Shown here in pieces: positions 39,302 through 56,449 of a stretch of DNA of 64,000 bases. How positions within the stretch are numbered: position 1 is the stretch's first letter; each line of letters begins with the position of its first letter. The notes under the pieces are model-generated. The model was given only the letters and a program-made list of their open reading frames with translations, did no database searches and was not told the origin of the DNA. Source of the DNA: Octopus vulgaris (lineage: Eukaryota); contig OX597817.1 in NCBI GenBank assembly GCA_951406725.2, positions 119,040,001 to 119,104,000 of the forward strand. Reading direction: 5' to 3'. A program made the translations under genes and the position numbers.

Positions 39302-39619
39302 CACACACACATACATATATATACATATATAGCCGCAGTCAAGCGACTGAAACAAGTAAATGAAATAAATAAATGAAATTATACACACACACATAGAGCC
39401 AGCTCAAGGAACTGGTGACTTGGGCAGTAAACCGGGATGCCATGTGCTAAGGGGCACCAAGGAGGGCTTCACTCATATTTTAATGTCTCATCTCTGAGCA
39501 TAAAGTCACCTGCCTTAGGATTCGTAATCTTGTGAAGCTGCATGGTTACCTTAGTAGTGCTGGTGGCATTAAATAAAAAGGACCCAGAGAAAATGTTAAG
39601 TGGTTGGTATAATGAACGG

Positions 39620-39849
39620 CAAGCTGGCAGAAACATTAGCATGCCGAGCAAAATGCTTAGCGGTATTTCCTGTGCGTTATGTTGTGAGTTCAAATTCCAC
39701 TGAGGTCGACTGTTCCTTTCATCCTTTCAGGATCGATAAATTAAGTACCAGTTACGCACTGAGGTCAATGTAATCGACTTAATACCTATGTCTGTCCTTG
39801 TTTGTCCCCCCTGTGTTTAGCCCCTTGTGGGTAATAAAGAAATAGGTAT
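39620..39849 (+). mobile_element. SINE family B, same subfamily as 18481-18710, with TSD
   Basis: Colinear over the whole length; 14-bp direct repeat GGTATAATGAACGG at 39606-39619 and 39845-39858. Confidence 0.9.
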
Positions 39850-40879
39850 AATGAACGGGAGTCTGCTATAGAAAGCATGACAGGGACATTATGTAGTACT
39901 TTGATCCTATCAAACTGTCTGATCCAGAGCAGCTTGGAACAAGGACATTAAATGACAATGATGATAATGATGAGGATGATGTTTGAGTTTCCTATTTATA
40001 TAAAGAGAAATTCTAAGTTTAGATTGACAGAGGATATTTATGAATATGATTTTTTGATCATACATAAGCCCTATGTAGTTATCTATAAAGTTAAAAAAAG
40101 AAAAACAATTAAATAAAGCAAGTAAAAGAGAATTTAAAATATTAATGATACTGAGAAAGATTGGAAGAAATAGGTAACTCTTTGCACCTAAACTGACAGC
40201 AAATAGCTTTGCTTCAGAAAGTTCCAATTATAAAATCCATCAATGTTATCATTGATTTTCTGATGATATTGATCAGACAGTCTTTGTTTTATTGTGAAAG
40301 TTTAGTGGAAATTTGGTTGGCTCCTGACAAATAATATCCTCTGTTTCTTTACTCAATCATATAAAACTGACCACAACTCCAACCATACTCACTAGCCAAC
40401 ACAACACATCATAGCTATTTTCATGAAAAACCTAATTGCTCTTCTAATTGACTTGTGTCTCTAAAGTGACAGGATAACAAGCTCACTGATTCGTGACATA
40501 TCACTGAATAATTGTCTAAAACTATGATGTATCAGACTTAAGAATCAGGCATACGCCTCACAAGAGTGAAGGATAGAGACTTGATGTGAGAATTAACATC
40601 AGAGATTTAAGCAAAGCTCATTTGAATATTTGAATACATTAATTCGATTGGGATTTCCATTTAGATTCTTCTCTGCTTTTTCATTATATTTCAGCCCAAA
40701 AGATTCAACAAGCAGCTTTACTTTTATTTATTTATATTTTAATGCTGTTTTTTTTTCTTTTGTTATATTTCTATTTACATAATTGGGTGGTGATGTTGCC
40801 TGGATCATCAATCAAACTCTTCTTCTGTCATTGAATCATGTCTCTGGGCCACTATTTTATCATACATTTATACAAATGC

Positions 40880-41250
40880 CAGTGCCTTCTGACTGGCTCC
40901 CATGCCAGTGACATGTAAAAGCACCCACTACACACTCAGTGTGGTTGGCATTTGGAAGAGCATCAAGCTGTAGAAACCTTACCAGATCAGATTGGAGCCT
41001 GGTGTAGCCTATTGGCTTGCAAGTCCTCAGTCAAACCGTTCGACCCATGCCAGCATGGAAAGCAGACATTAAACAATGATGATGATGATGATATCTTTTA
41101 TCTTTTACTTGATTTAGTCATTGGACAACAGCCATGTTAGGGCACTGCCTTGAAGGGTTTAGTCAAACAAATTGACCCTAGTACTTACACCTTTTTATAA
41201 AGCTACTACTAATTTTTTCAGTCTCTTTTGCTGAACTGCTTTGTTATGGA
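40880..41250. mobile_element. SINE family C (+) tail-to-tail with a family A 3' fragment (-)
   Basis: AAAAGCACCCACTACACTC...(GAT)n followed by TCTTTTACTTGATTTAGTCATT. Confidence 0.75.
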
Positions 41251-41304
41251 GGACAAACTGATTATTCTAATAAATTAGACAACCCCTTGACAAATACTCG
41301 CTGT

Positions 41305-41622
41305 CTGGCAATCACTCAGTTATGATGACAGATGTTCCAGTTGATCTGATCAATGGAACAGCTTGCTCATGAAATTGACATGCAAGTGGCTGAGCATTCT
41401 GCAGACATGCATAACCTTAATGCAGTTCTCAGAGAGATTCAGTGTGACACATTGTGTCAAAGCTGGCCCTTTGAAATATAGGGGCTACTCATTTTTGCCA
41501 GCTGAGTGGAGCAATGTGGAATAAAGTGACTTGCTCAAGGACACAATGAACCACTGAGTATCAAATTCATGAAATTATGATTGTGAGCCAAATACCCAAA
41601 ACACTAAGCTACAAGCCTTCAT
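41305..41622 (-). mobile_element. SINE family D copy, CpG-decayed
   Basis: Reverse complement of the 17500-17670 core plus a head-like region. Confidence 0.8.
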
Positions 41623-43868
41623 GCTTGCTGACTGAAAGCCAAGAAGTAAACCTATATTTGGTCACTCAACCAGCTAGAAATAGTGGCTAAATATCCCTTC
41701 AATCATACCATATGGTCTTTAAAATGAAGATCTTACTGTATAATGCAGTCTGAAGAAAATGAGATGGTCATGGCTGGATTTCCTTTCATCAACTCTCTGT
41801 GTGGGATGACCTGGGTCCTAACAATAATCTTAAAATGGGAACCAACTATGTTAATTCAGTTTTTAATCAGAAAAAAGCATGTCAGATAATGTTTCCAACT
41901 GCCATGTTAATTATACAATAATGTTAATTCTAAGTGAAATCATTTATGTCTTGGTTAAGCTCTGATTATTGGACATTAAGAAACTGAAAGTTAAATCTCT
42001 ATGTAGTTAGGATGGCACTTTATCTTATGTAACATGTAAAAACATCTAGCACTTCTGACAGTCACTTTGGTATAGCACTTTAAATACAAAAGACCTGTAA
42101 TAGATTTCAAAAGAAGTCTAATCAGCAGGAAGCCTATCTCATTTCCACTAAGTTATTTTGCTTATTTTTATATCTAGGATTCCTTCTCAGCATTTAAATG
42201 GTTCACTCTCTACGATATACCTTGATTAAGCAAAGATAAACAGGGCTTCTTAATTTAGCAATCTTGTTTTATGACAAATGGTACTGTTATGTGTGTTCCT
42301 GTAATTGAAAGAGATGAAATGATGCAGATACTAAAAGTGTTTCCTTATGTATGAATGTATTTTTCAATTTCTCTCAATTGGTTAATTAATTTGCTAAACC
42401 GTTTCAGATTCTTCATTTTATCGATAGAAACTTATTACAGTGGGTTAATACTTAGATGGCGCTCTGAAAGATATGCATCTCATTAGTAGTCAATCTCACT
42501 CTAGACAGATGCTATGAACAGTAGCTGCTTGGGAATTAGGATTTCTTAAATAAGACATTTATCTCATTAGCAGAGAATCTCAGCATTGCGTAGCTGTGAT
42601 ATTTCCAGAGATAATTAGCCATATTACATTTCCAAAATCAGCTGATTGATGGTAAAAATTATAGACAAAGTTGCAATCTCAAGAGGGGGTGGGGAATAAT
42701 AGACCAAACAAATATACTAACAGGAATGGCAAATTTGATCAAAAACATTCTGATTTTTCTTTCTTTGCTCTGCATATGAAAAAAAAATCACTGAAATTTT
42801 TTTTTTTTCTTGGAGAGAAACCAAAGCAATTTCTTGACTTTCATGCAGAAAAAAAAAACCAAGATATACAGTATACTTCATAAACAAGTAAAAGATGCCA
42901 TGTTCTTATTAACTATCAATATTAACTTTTTTGATACCAACCCACCTGAGACAAGCCCTAGATTTATAATACAAACTTCCTATTCTGAAGTGATTTAAAT
43001 CAAAACGTTTCAACAAATTTTCATGAATTTTTGTTCTAAACACCAGCTTAATAATGATAAAGTTATTTTACTGGATTTTTCATTATTTCCTAAGATTGAT
43101 TGAAACAAAAGTGCTGTATTTCCACAGAAATATGGTAACAAAAAAAAAAAAATTCCAGTAGGGAATCAGTTGGATCAACCTAGCAGATTACTGACATATT
43201 TCCTTTACCCTAAAGGCATGAAAGGTGAAGTTGACCAATGTGGAATTCTAACACAAAAACATTAAGTGATGAGAAGCATTTAGCCAAGTAATTTATCATT
43301 TCAGCTCATGTACTGACATCAATATTGCCATATTGGATTGAGATAACAGAGTTAATTAAAATAATAAATCAGTCAGAAATCGCTGAACATAAAACATATG
43401 ACAAAAGTAAACAAAACACTACTATAGTATGAAGTTTATGCAATTAATAAAACGTGAAGGGTAAAGTTTAAAAAAAAATCAAAGCAGTACATATAAGGCA
43501 TATTGGTAATCCAATCAGAACACCCATTGCTAACATTAACTCAGTGTAGGTGATATTACTGAAAGGTAAATATAAGCAACACAATTACTTCAGCAATGAT
43601 GATATGGGAGCATCAGCACATGGTCTAGTGTGTAAGAACATTATTAGCTTTAGTTTCAAATTAAAGGTTCTTAATTCAAATCCAGTCTTGTATTAAGTAC
43701 ACAAAATACAAGAATAAGACACCTGATAATCAAAATAGTCAAAACACTGTGTAGATGTTACAATTCAAAATTCTTTTTATCTCCAAATATAAGGTGCTCT
43801 TTAGTCTGAAAATAAAGAATTTTACTAACACCATCTCATCTCTGACATTTAGACATTTTACAATAAAA

Positions 43869-44090
43869 TTAACCCTTTAGTATATAGACTGCCCGTATCA
43901 GGCTCAAATATTGTTTTATGTTTAAACTGGCCAAATTCAGCTTCTTACACCAACCATGCAATGCCAGTCTAAAAGAAATTGATTACATCATCAAGATCTC
44001 AAAGCTTCAAAATAATACATGATTAATTCAAAACAATGTAAATAAACAATCATTATATTCAACAAAATAATCTGAATGCTAAAGGGTTAA
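43869..44090. mobile_element. TTAA-type (piggyBac-like) MITE
   Basis: TTAA-CCCTTTAG...CTAAAGGG-TTAA; further partial copy at ~48751-48910. Confidence 0.8.
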
Positions 44091-44515
44091 TTCTGAAAGG
44101 AGTCACAGTCTTAAGTTTCAATTTTGTTCTCAAAGAGACTTATAAGATGAAAGAGATTCTATAATACCTAATTACTGGTATTGGCATATAACTTCTGATC
44201 CTACTAATATGCAAACAACTTAATTATAAGATATAAAATATAATCATACATTCTATGAGTTAACGAGTGATGAACTATCCATTTCCCATCAATGAGTTGA
44301 TTATTTGCATTGATTTCAAAATTAGTGATTACAGACACGAAACACTTTAGTAATGTTAAATCCATGAGAGATCATTTATAATTTATTAATAGTTTTAGGT
44401 TAAATACTCTTCCGAAATCAAATTTAAATGACATTTTGAAATGTTAGTCAAATATACATATATACATACATACATATACAGAGAGAGAGAGATAGGGAGA
44501 AAGAGAGATAGGGAG

Positions 44516-44552
<37 letters not shown>

Positions 44553-44581
44553 GAGAGAGAGAGAGATATAGATATATATGC

Positions 44582-44615
<34 letters not shown>

Positions 44616-44616
44616 A

Positions 44617-44702
44617 CATTATAGAACACCCTGACATCACTGGATCGCTATCACTACTTGACTTCAAACTATTGACTGACTGTATATAAATAGGCATATA
44701 TA

Positions 44703-44741
<39 letters not shown>

Positions 44742-45094
44742 ATGCATATATGTATATATATATATATTATTTATCTAGTATGTTTATTTAGAGTTTCCAT
44801 ATTTATCTGCTTGTCTGTCTTCCCATATTCCTCTGTGTGTGTGTGTATCTATATGTATACACACACGCAGAGGAATATAGGTAAACAGACAAGCAGATAA
44901 ATATGGATACTCTAAATAAACATACTAGATAAATAATATATATACATATATGCTTTTATATGTATATATATGCATTTATATCTATATATATATCTATATA
45001 TATATGAGTATATATGCCTATTTATATGCAGTCAGTCAATAGTTTGAAGTCAAGTAGTGATAGCGATCCAGTTATGTCAGGGTGTTCTATAATG
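44617..45094. repeat. ~480-bp fold-back palindrome including internal (TA)n
   Basis: 44617-44850 is the reverse complement of 44855-45094 with few mismatches outside the microsatellite. Confidence 0.92.
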
Positions 45095-45111
45095 AACTTC
45101 ATGTTCATGCC

Positions 45112-45155
<44 letters not shown>

Positions 45156-45187
45156 TACATGCATATATATATATATACATATATACA

Positions 45188-45530
45188 CTAGCTGGTGTAC
45201 CTGGTAATTCCCAGGGGTAAAGATGTTTTATTGAAACGTCTTATTACTCTGATATAAGGAGACAATTTCGTTATAACTGCCACAAAAGGTGTATTTTACA
45301 TCATTAAAAAGTACAAAAAAAACTGTCAGCTGGAGGAGGGAGAGATTGTTGGAGGTTGGCAAGTGAGGTTTTCGGAGGTTGGCAAGAAAGATTGTCAGAG
45401 GTTGGTGAGAGAGGTTGGCAGAGGTTGGCAAGAGGCAAAGACATTATTCTGCTTAGCATAGCAAATGCATCTGGGAAATGTATAACTGCTGTCATTCACA
45501 GAAAATAAACATACATAAATATTCATATAC
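45188..45530 (-). mobile_element. Helitron-like element with GAGGTTGGCA-like repeats
   Basis: Minus 3' end CCTGGGAATTACCAGG hairpin then CTAG|T; 5' end uncertain. Confidence 0.5.
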
Positions 45531-45542
45531 ATATATATATTC

Positions 45543-45583
<41 letters not shown>

Positions 45584-45961
45584 CAAGGGTGAGTCAAAAG
45601 GTAATGCCATTTTGTTTAGGACAGGTATAATTACCAACACAGGAACATGTATCATACATCAAAATAAAGCTGATTTTCTCTGGATCACATCCCTATTTCC
45701 ACCTTCGAATGAGAGCATGTATCCCTGCCCTATAAAATTCTGTTGGCTGTTCTTTGAGTCACTTCTGCACTACAGTTTTCACTTCTTCATTAATGGACTA
45801 TCATCTCTTTGAAACATTGCTAGTGAGAGAAACGGTGACTATGTTGAGATGTAGAGATGAGATCCAGAGGACCAGCTTCATTTTGATGTATGATACATGT
45901 TCTTGTGTTGGTAATTATACCCGTCCTAAACATAATAACATTACTTTTTGACTCACCCTCG
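45584..45961. mobile_element. Mariner-type MITE or internally deleted transposon
   Basis: TA-CAAGGGTGAGTCAAAA...TTTTGACTCACCCTCG-TA; ~105-bp imperfect TIRs; TA TSD. Confidence 0.88.
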
Positions 45962-45995
45962 TATATATATATATATATACTTATTTATATACATA

Positions 45996-46320
45996 CCGCC
46001 CCGAGTGGCCTCTGTGCCGGTGGCACGTAAAAAGCACCATCCGACCGTGGCCGTTGCCAGCCTCGCCTGGCCTCTGTGCTGGTGGCACGTAAAAAGCACC
46101 ATCCAATCGTGGCCGTTTCCCAGCCTCGTCTGGCACCTGTGTTGATGGCATGTAAAAAGCACCCACTACACTCACGGAGTGGTTGGCATTAGGAAGGGCA
46201 TTCAGCCGTAAAAACATTGCCAGATCAGACAGGGCCTGGTGCAGCCTTCTGGCTTCCCAGACCCCAGTTGAACCGTCCAACCCATGCTAGCATGGAAAGC
46301 GGATGCTAAACGATGATGAT
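45996..46320 (+). mobile_element. SINE family C with ~62-bp internal tandem repeats
   Basis: Three GGTGGCACGTAAAAAGCACC-like units, then GGTTGGCATTAGGAAGGGCAT...(GAT)n tail. Confidence 0.85.
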
Positions 46321-46322
46321 AC

Positions 46323-46356
<34 letters not shown>

Positions 46357-46695
46357 GGATATTTTATAAAAGCATTAATATTCACATATATTCTGTGCAT
46401 ACACATATACATATATTTAAGGACAATGTAATTTCAAAAATGATGCAACTTCCATTTTTTTGTATCTAAGTTTTCATTAATATATTTCATTTTCTATTTC
46501 TCTCTTTTAATACACTAGACTATAATGCTACCTTCCAACTTTGATCCTGCCACTCACTCTTTATATACATATGGCATATATTCCATGAGATATATTTTCA
46601 GTATTTTAACATATTCTTTGTAATAAGGTTTCTGTGTATATTCTTTATGAAGTCATCTCAACTGAAGAACATTTGTCTCAGGTGTGCAAAGTTTC

Positions 46696-46735
<40 letters not shown>

Positions 46736-47634
46736 GTAATAATAATAATAATAAATCAGGAAATAAAAACAAACATGTCAATAACAGAACTTTTCTTTAC
46801 TACTTCTTGATGTTTTGATTAAAATTTAAAAGAAAAAGGAAGAAAAAAAAAACGAAGTGAATTGAATATACGACTTCATACAATGCAATTTCTTCTTGAG
46901 ATATGTGTACAGTTGAAGAATTATGCATTAAACATGAAGAGAAAGTTTCTTATGATGAAAATACATATTTTGAGCTGAAATTTTTCAAACCTATGTTCCA
47001 ACATTCACAAATGCGATCGAAAACATTAATAAAAACAAAATAATAGTAATAATACTAAAAACATGCCAAAAAAAATCTAAGCAAGGAAATGGGAAAATAT
47101 ATCAAATTAGAAAATTTTTAAATGAAGAAACCAAGAAAAATCTATATTTGAGGCTAGAGTTATATACTTTAAATAGTTTACCAGAATATGAAAACAAAAA
47201 AATATTTACTAAGACAGAACCAAGGAAACATTTCAATATTTAAATTTCTTAAACTTGTTTTGTTGGTTTCATTATCTTTTGTAATGTTCATCATAAATAA
47301 TAAGAACAAAAGAAACAAGTAGTAGTAGTAGTAGTAATAACATAATATGAACAACAACAACAACATAATAATAATAATAATGATAATAATAATAATAAAA
47401 ATAATATTAATAATAGTAATAATAAAGCAACAAAATAATAATTATTATTCCTAAAATAGTCACAAGGTTTTGAATTTGGGAATGAATGTGGTCAACAAAA
47501 TCTACCAAGTATTTTACTGGTACTTATTGAAACTCAGATGAAAAACAAAGGATTTGAACAGGATTTTACATACTTTTATAAGCAAAAGAATATAAAGAAC
47601 CCTAACAATTTTGCCACTCCAAGAATTATATAAT

Positions 47635-48048
47635 GATTCTTTCTACTGTAGGCAAAAGGCCTGAAATTTGGCAGGAGGTGGGCTAGTCAATTACATTGAC
47701 CCTAGTGCTCAATTAGTACTTGTTTTATCAACTCCAAACAGATGAAAGGCAAAGCTGACCTCAGTATAATTTGAACTCAGAGCATAAAGTTGGAATAAAT
47801 AATTTCTTTTATGAAAAGTAATTTCCTAAAACAATTGTTTTCGATGTTAGCACAATTACATCAATTTTAGTGGGAGAGTGTTGGTTACACCAATCCCTGC
47901 CTTGATTGGTACTTTACTTTATCAACCCCAAAAGGGTGAAAGACAAAGTTGATCTCAGCAGGATTTGAAATCAGAATGTAAAGCATTAGAAATGTCTCTC
48001 TCAGCTCTTTGAGCCAATACACTAATGGTTCTGTTAGTTCACTGCCTT
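47635..48048 (-). mobile_element. Two decayed SINE family B copies
   Basis: GATGAAAGGCAAAGCTGACCTC and GTGAAAGACAAAGTTGATCTC cores. Confidence 0.7.
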
Positions 48049-48499
48049 AAAAAATATAATAGATACAATAAACAGCCATAACAAAAATGTTAGCAATAAT
48101 GATTTTAAAATTATATGTAACTACAAAAATTATGTTTTTCCCCTGTGAGCTAAACAAAGTTTGATGCAGTTGACTAAATCATCCCTAATATATTACTAGT
48201 GGGGGTCGGTGTTACTAGTCTGCAATCAAGGTGACACTACATTCTCTGTTTCCTTCACTTTCATCAAAAGACAAGAAGCTGAAGTGTGCATTAAATTCTT
48301 CACTCAATGACAAATGAGCATAGAGAACTGTTCTAATATATTTGTAGTGTGACAGATCTTTCCTGTCTCACTGCATATTACTGGTGTTTTGTCAACCATG
48401 AATAGATAAAAGATTAAGTTCAGTCTCAACAGAATTGTGAATCCTTTAACATTAAAACCAAGCATAACTAACCAAAGTATCCTACTTGTTTTAAGTTCA

Positions 48500-48745
48500 A
48501 GTGGAGGTGCATAGCTTAGTGGTTAGTGTGTTAGACTCATGATCGTAAGATTGTGGTTTCAGTTCCTGGACCAGGCAACATGTGTTCTTGAGCAAAACAT
48601 TTCATTTAACATTGCTCCAGTCCACTCTACTGGCAAAAATGAGTCATCCTGTGTTGGATTGGTGTCCCATCCAGGTGAGGAATTTATATGCCATGGAAAC
48701 TGGGAAACCAGCCCTGATGAGTCTGTATGACTTAGAATGAACTTT
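48500..48745 (+). mobile_element. tRNA-derived SINE related to the family D head
   Basis: GTGGAGGTGCATAGCTTAGTGGTTAG head; CCACTCTACTGGCAAAAATGAGT core. Confidence 0.75.
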
Positions 48746-51657
48746 ACTTCTAAGTTCAAACCAGTCACATTTGGCCTCTCACAACTACTCTACAATGTCA
48801 TTTTAAAAATAATGACATCATCAAAATCTTAAAGCCATGAGATAATGCATAAAACAATGTGAATAAATAAGCATTACATTTGACTATGTAATCTAAATGC
48901 TAAATGGTTTATGCAGTATCTTGAAGAATAAGCTAAATACTGTAGGTATTCTCTTACAACAAGGAATTCTCAGATAAGCACAAGGCCTCACATAAATAAA
49001 GAAGGGATAATAGTCTATTGACTCAGCCTCCTTATATGCTTGGAACTTATTTTTTCAACTCCAAAAAGATGGAATTCAAATGTAACAAAATCTGAATATG
49101 AACTTCAAAACTAAAAATTGACTCTAAATTGTTAAGGGGCACTCATTAATTTCTTATGTTGGTATAAAGGTACAAAAATTATAATAGTGTGGTCTGCAAA
49201 TTATTTTATATATTTTTATGAGCAAAAGGCAAAGTGCCCTCCTCCACCAATTAGGTTTGAATAATACTGTTGATAATAATAATGAGGAGAAGAAGAAAAA
49301 TGTAATTACAATGTAAATAAATAATTAGAATCATAAACACTGGAAACAAACAAACAAACAACAACAACAACCACAACAAATAATTATGGATTGATTGGCT
49401 AAATATCTGCAGCATGCCATTGACAGTATGCTGTAAAGAGGATAAACAAGTGCACGGCAGGATGGTAATGTGTGAAGGGACAAAGGGAACAGGTCACAAA
49501 TTATTATTGACGGGTGAAATTATCAACATTGGTACCAGTGAGTTATAGTTTCTAGAAGGTCAAGCAAATTGTAACACAAAACATTGACAAAGCTAACACA
49601 TCACCCTCTTTCTAAAATACACACTACAAATGAAACTAATATGACATGATGACAACATGCCATATCATAACGAAGATGTGATGGATGATGAAAGTGGGTG
49701 ACAGGTAGCAAATGACAAAGACAAGATGCTGCTGCATTGAACAACATAACAGTGATATATTTCCAGCAAGCTTGTTGCTTTGAGATGGGTGAGTATGTAA
49801 ATGAACACAAGGCTTTTTTTTAAATTTTTTTTTTTACTTTTGTAATTTTCCAAGGAATATGTGTACGTTTGAACACATGCACGTGTGTATTGTATATCTC
49901 AGGTTGGGGGGACTTGACTTAAGAAATAAAGAAGTGAATAAAGTGATATACAAGAATTTTTGAGTGTAGAAAGAAGAAAGGCATGATGAAATTATAATAG
50001 TTAAGAAGAAACGGCATGCATTCATGTGATAAAATGTGTATGTATGGGTAAATGTATATGCATGTGTGCATGTATGTGTATCTGTGAGCAAAATTTAAAA
50101 ATAAAATGAATGTAACAACTATATGACACATAACATGAATTTATATGTGCATCTTTCATTCTTGTGAAATTCTAAGTTCTAATAGAAAAATTAGATGAAT
50201 GAGGAGCAAAATAAAACCTTTATATTTTTGATTATAGTTCTGTGTGTTTTTAGTACTGGGTCTATTTCATGATTACTTAGTGAAATGGAAAGATATTCAG
50301 GATTCAAGAATAAAAGAATCCAATGCGAAAAAGTGTAGTGTTTGGCAACAGTCCAATGGTGTGGAATAACTCAGATAAGAATTAAGAATTATAGAATGTG
50401 GAGTGAAGTCATTAAAAAAAGTGTACATAAAATGAAAAATAAAAGATAATTCATTTAACATGAAAAAACCCACATCTTAAAAGTGATTTTAAAAAAATAT
50501 TAAACTCAATAAAAGATATTCTGTTCTTGTTACTAAAACTGTTACCTATTTAGCTCTGGTTCATGTAATTAGGTTGCAAAACTTTAAAACAACAAATGAG
50601 AGATCAAGTTATTTTTTAGTTCTAAAACCAAGAGGACCAGTTGTTAAACATCTTGATTGATACAAAAAGCATGTTTCTCATTTGCTAGAATTCCAGATAG
50701 ATAGATGATGGATTAGATGTAATAATTGTCCTTTCTCTAAACCAAAGAAGATTGAATTATCTTGGAATAGCAAAATTCTTGAATTAAAGAATTGAAAACA
50801 ACAATTCATTCTTTATCCTTTATATTTGTATTTCTCAGTTATGGACCAATATTTTGGATCTTTTTCTATATCCTAGCTTGTGTATTCTATGAAAGGACTT
50901 GTTGCATTGCAGTGTACCTAAGATTAAATAAGTTTCCCAATCAATAATTTATACATTGTATATTGTTTTCATCTGCTGCAGAATTTCAAGGACAGTAAGG
51001 GAGAGAAAGAAGAGAGAGAGAGAGAGAGAGAGAATAAAAGACGGAAAGGGGAGAAGGAGACAGAAAGAGATGCACTGTTTGGTGAGATGGCTCAAAACAT
51101 CTGATGAGATATTGATCTAATATTCAAATGATTCTATATTTTCCCCACACCCTAGCAATTACAGATCGATGTATATTTGTTTGGCTGATAGCTCTTCTGT
51201 ACGTGATGTATTGTTTTGTTTTGTTATTATTTATCCAATATGCACAGTGGTGCTGTGCATAGCATGGGAGTGGTGGATAAAACTTTCTAAGTGAAAGAAG
51301 CATGCTACAAAATACTAACAAATTCCTGATTGCAACAAGGACAATTCAAAGCCAATAATTAGAGAATGGTGCCATTTTTTTTTTTCTTGCATTTATAGCA
51401 TGCTTTGATTTTTTTTTTTTTTTCAAATTCTCCCTTTCTGAAAGCATTTGTTCTTGAAAAACATTCACTGATTCAAAAACTAAAAAAATATAATCTAAAA
51501 ACTTTCTAAAGAAACAAATAATAATAATAGTAATCGTAACACATTTTTTTTTTCTGGTGATAATAGGGACAACACGTAACAGGAGACTTGTATACTGTTA
51601 TATCTATGAGAGGAAATTTAGCATTCCAGTTGAAAAAAAACAAAGGCATGTACTTAC

Positions 51658-51705
51658 AAGCATTTGAATTGGTTGGATCCATTGAAGGGACCAAAATTTC
51701 TGTTG
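51658..51705 (-). CDS. Possible 48-nt symmetric phase-1 exon, xTEILVPSMDPTNSNA
   Basis: Minus: ttattgtttcaattcag|48 nt|gtaagt; open, frame-preserving. Confidence 0.3.
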
Positions 51706-52619
51706 CTGAATTGAAACAATAATAGTTATTTTAACGATCCCTCTAGAATTAAATTCTATTGGAAAAGGTGAGCGCCAGCAGGGTAGGAAAGATGAATGAA
51801 GGAGAGCAACATATGAAAATGCTTCAAAGTCAGACTACAGCTACTCAAGATGAAAAGTGTTACTAATTTGAAGAGAAAAATTTTAAACATGACAGAATTA
51901 TTTGTGGGCAAGCTTGCATGGAAAAGTGAAAGATATGGATTTAAAAAGGATTCAAACTAATGGGTATGCTTTGTTGTATTTTGTAAAAAAAAAAGAAAAA
52001 AAAAGCTATACAAAATTACTGTAGAAGTTGTTTTTAGTATAGAGTTATGAATATTTGGACCTTATTTTATTGTCAAAGAATGAAGATATCCAGCAACCAA
52101 AGACATTTCGACTTATTTCTATAATTCTCCTAACACCTAAACCATTTATGAATGAGTTGGGAAGTTCCATAAATGCTTATTTAGAAAATAACTTGCTTAA
52201 ATCATAAAGCTATCATTAAAAAAAAGAATTAGTGAAAAAAATGATATTGGGGTTTTTAAGGGACAAGATAATTTGGTTTAAAGATAATGTTAATGTAGTA
52301 ATGAAGTAACGTTCGCGTAAGCTAAGGTGCTAAAAATTTTATGATTAAATTAGAAGAAATATCCAGTGTTGCCTGGGTTAAGGAAAATAATGAAATTTAA
52401 AAATGCCTTTTATATCTCCAACTAACATGAAACAGACTATGCAGGTGTCACTGCCTAGTAGCTGAGATACATATATACAGGAATACATATCAATACGTAT
52501 ATGCCTATAGTACACACGCACAAACCTACATACATATATATGTATGTACATAAATACACACATGCATACACACACACATAGATGCATACATATATATGCA
52601 TAGATACATGTATGTGTGT

Positions 52620-55245
<2,626 letters not shown>

Positions 55246-56449
55246 CGACTCAGCATCCATAAGTTCCGTACATGTGTCTTATATACACATATAGAAGTAC
55301 TTATAGATATATACAAACACATATTTATAAACACATGTATAACTTTAGAAATTCTTTTATATCAGAAATTGTCACACCTGTAATGATGTATACATATGTG
55401 TGTGTGTGTACACACATACATAAGTATATATATATTCATAAGTACACATATGTATACATTTCATTTTTAATTCTAAGTTACAAAGTAATTAAACAACTCG
55501 ATGCCTGTAAGTTCCATGCATGCATCTTATATACACATACAAAAGTACATATATACACACATACATACCTTTAGAAATTCTTTTTTATCAGAAATCATCA
55601 CAACTGTAAGATACTGTGTGTATGTGTATGTGTGTTCATGTAATTTGAAAACGTATACAATTTTGTCATTAGAATATAATTCCAGTCTCTCTATGAAAAG
55701 TAAGCAAACTGGTTATACCACAAGATGTTATTTCTCCATGGACAGAAACAGTGGTTAACCAAACTAGCCTCTGGTCTTCTGTAAACCTCAGAGAAAGAAC
55801 ATGCATCTTCTGTACCAAAGGCTGGCAGCATGTAGCTATTTGTAGCAAATACAAACACAGACACAGATAAATAATATTACAAGTACTATATAACAGAGAT
55901 TAAATGATAAATTTGTTTTCTCCCCAAGATTCTTAACAATATTCAACATGACTTCATGGAGTTGTAGTTCATTATACTGTTGAACAACTAGTGGAATCCA
56001 TGGTTATAGTTTTTTTGTCTGAGTATGGAAAGAAAATGTCATGCAACACTAGTATATTGTTTCTGATTTCATACACTCGTCACCACTGTTTTGGTGGTAT
56101 TGGTGGCAACACAGTACTCGTAAGTCTTTCCAATTTATTTTTTTGTATCTTATAACTTGCTCATGGTTACAATGTATAATGGAAGTGTCCCTCTACACAG
56201 TTAAGACCAAATACTAAATATTGTCCATAGCAGATGGAGCTGAACTTCTAAGAATTCTCACAAAGTGTGTCTGTGAGAACCCTGTTTGGATTATGTATGA
56301 TTAGCCCTTTGACAGTGTATGGCAAAGAAAGAATAATTGCTTAAATATTTGCAAACAGAGGATCAAGTAAACGATATGCATAGAGAACACAATAAACATC
56401 GAATAAAGTTCAGAAATGAATTAAGTGCTGATAATGTGGTTCAATTTCC

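Noticed and set aside
46010-46165. Three ~20-bp repeats at regular spacing (CRISPR-like)
   Set aside because: Spacers are homologous to each other; internal tandem repeat of a eukaryotic SINE; no cas genes.
48714-48745. CTGATGA-GTC..GAC hammerhead-like start
   Set aside because: No GAAA after the stem and no stems I or III; lies in a SINE tail.
55248-55625. Diverged ~250-bp tandem duplication (similar case at 26260-26480 vs 27532-27670)
   Set aside because: Ordinary local duplications with no coding or structural signal.
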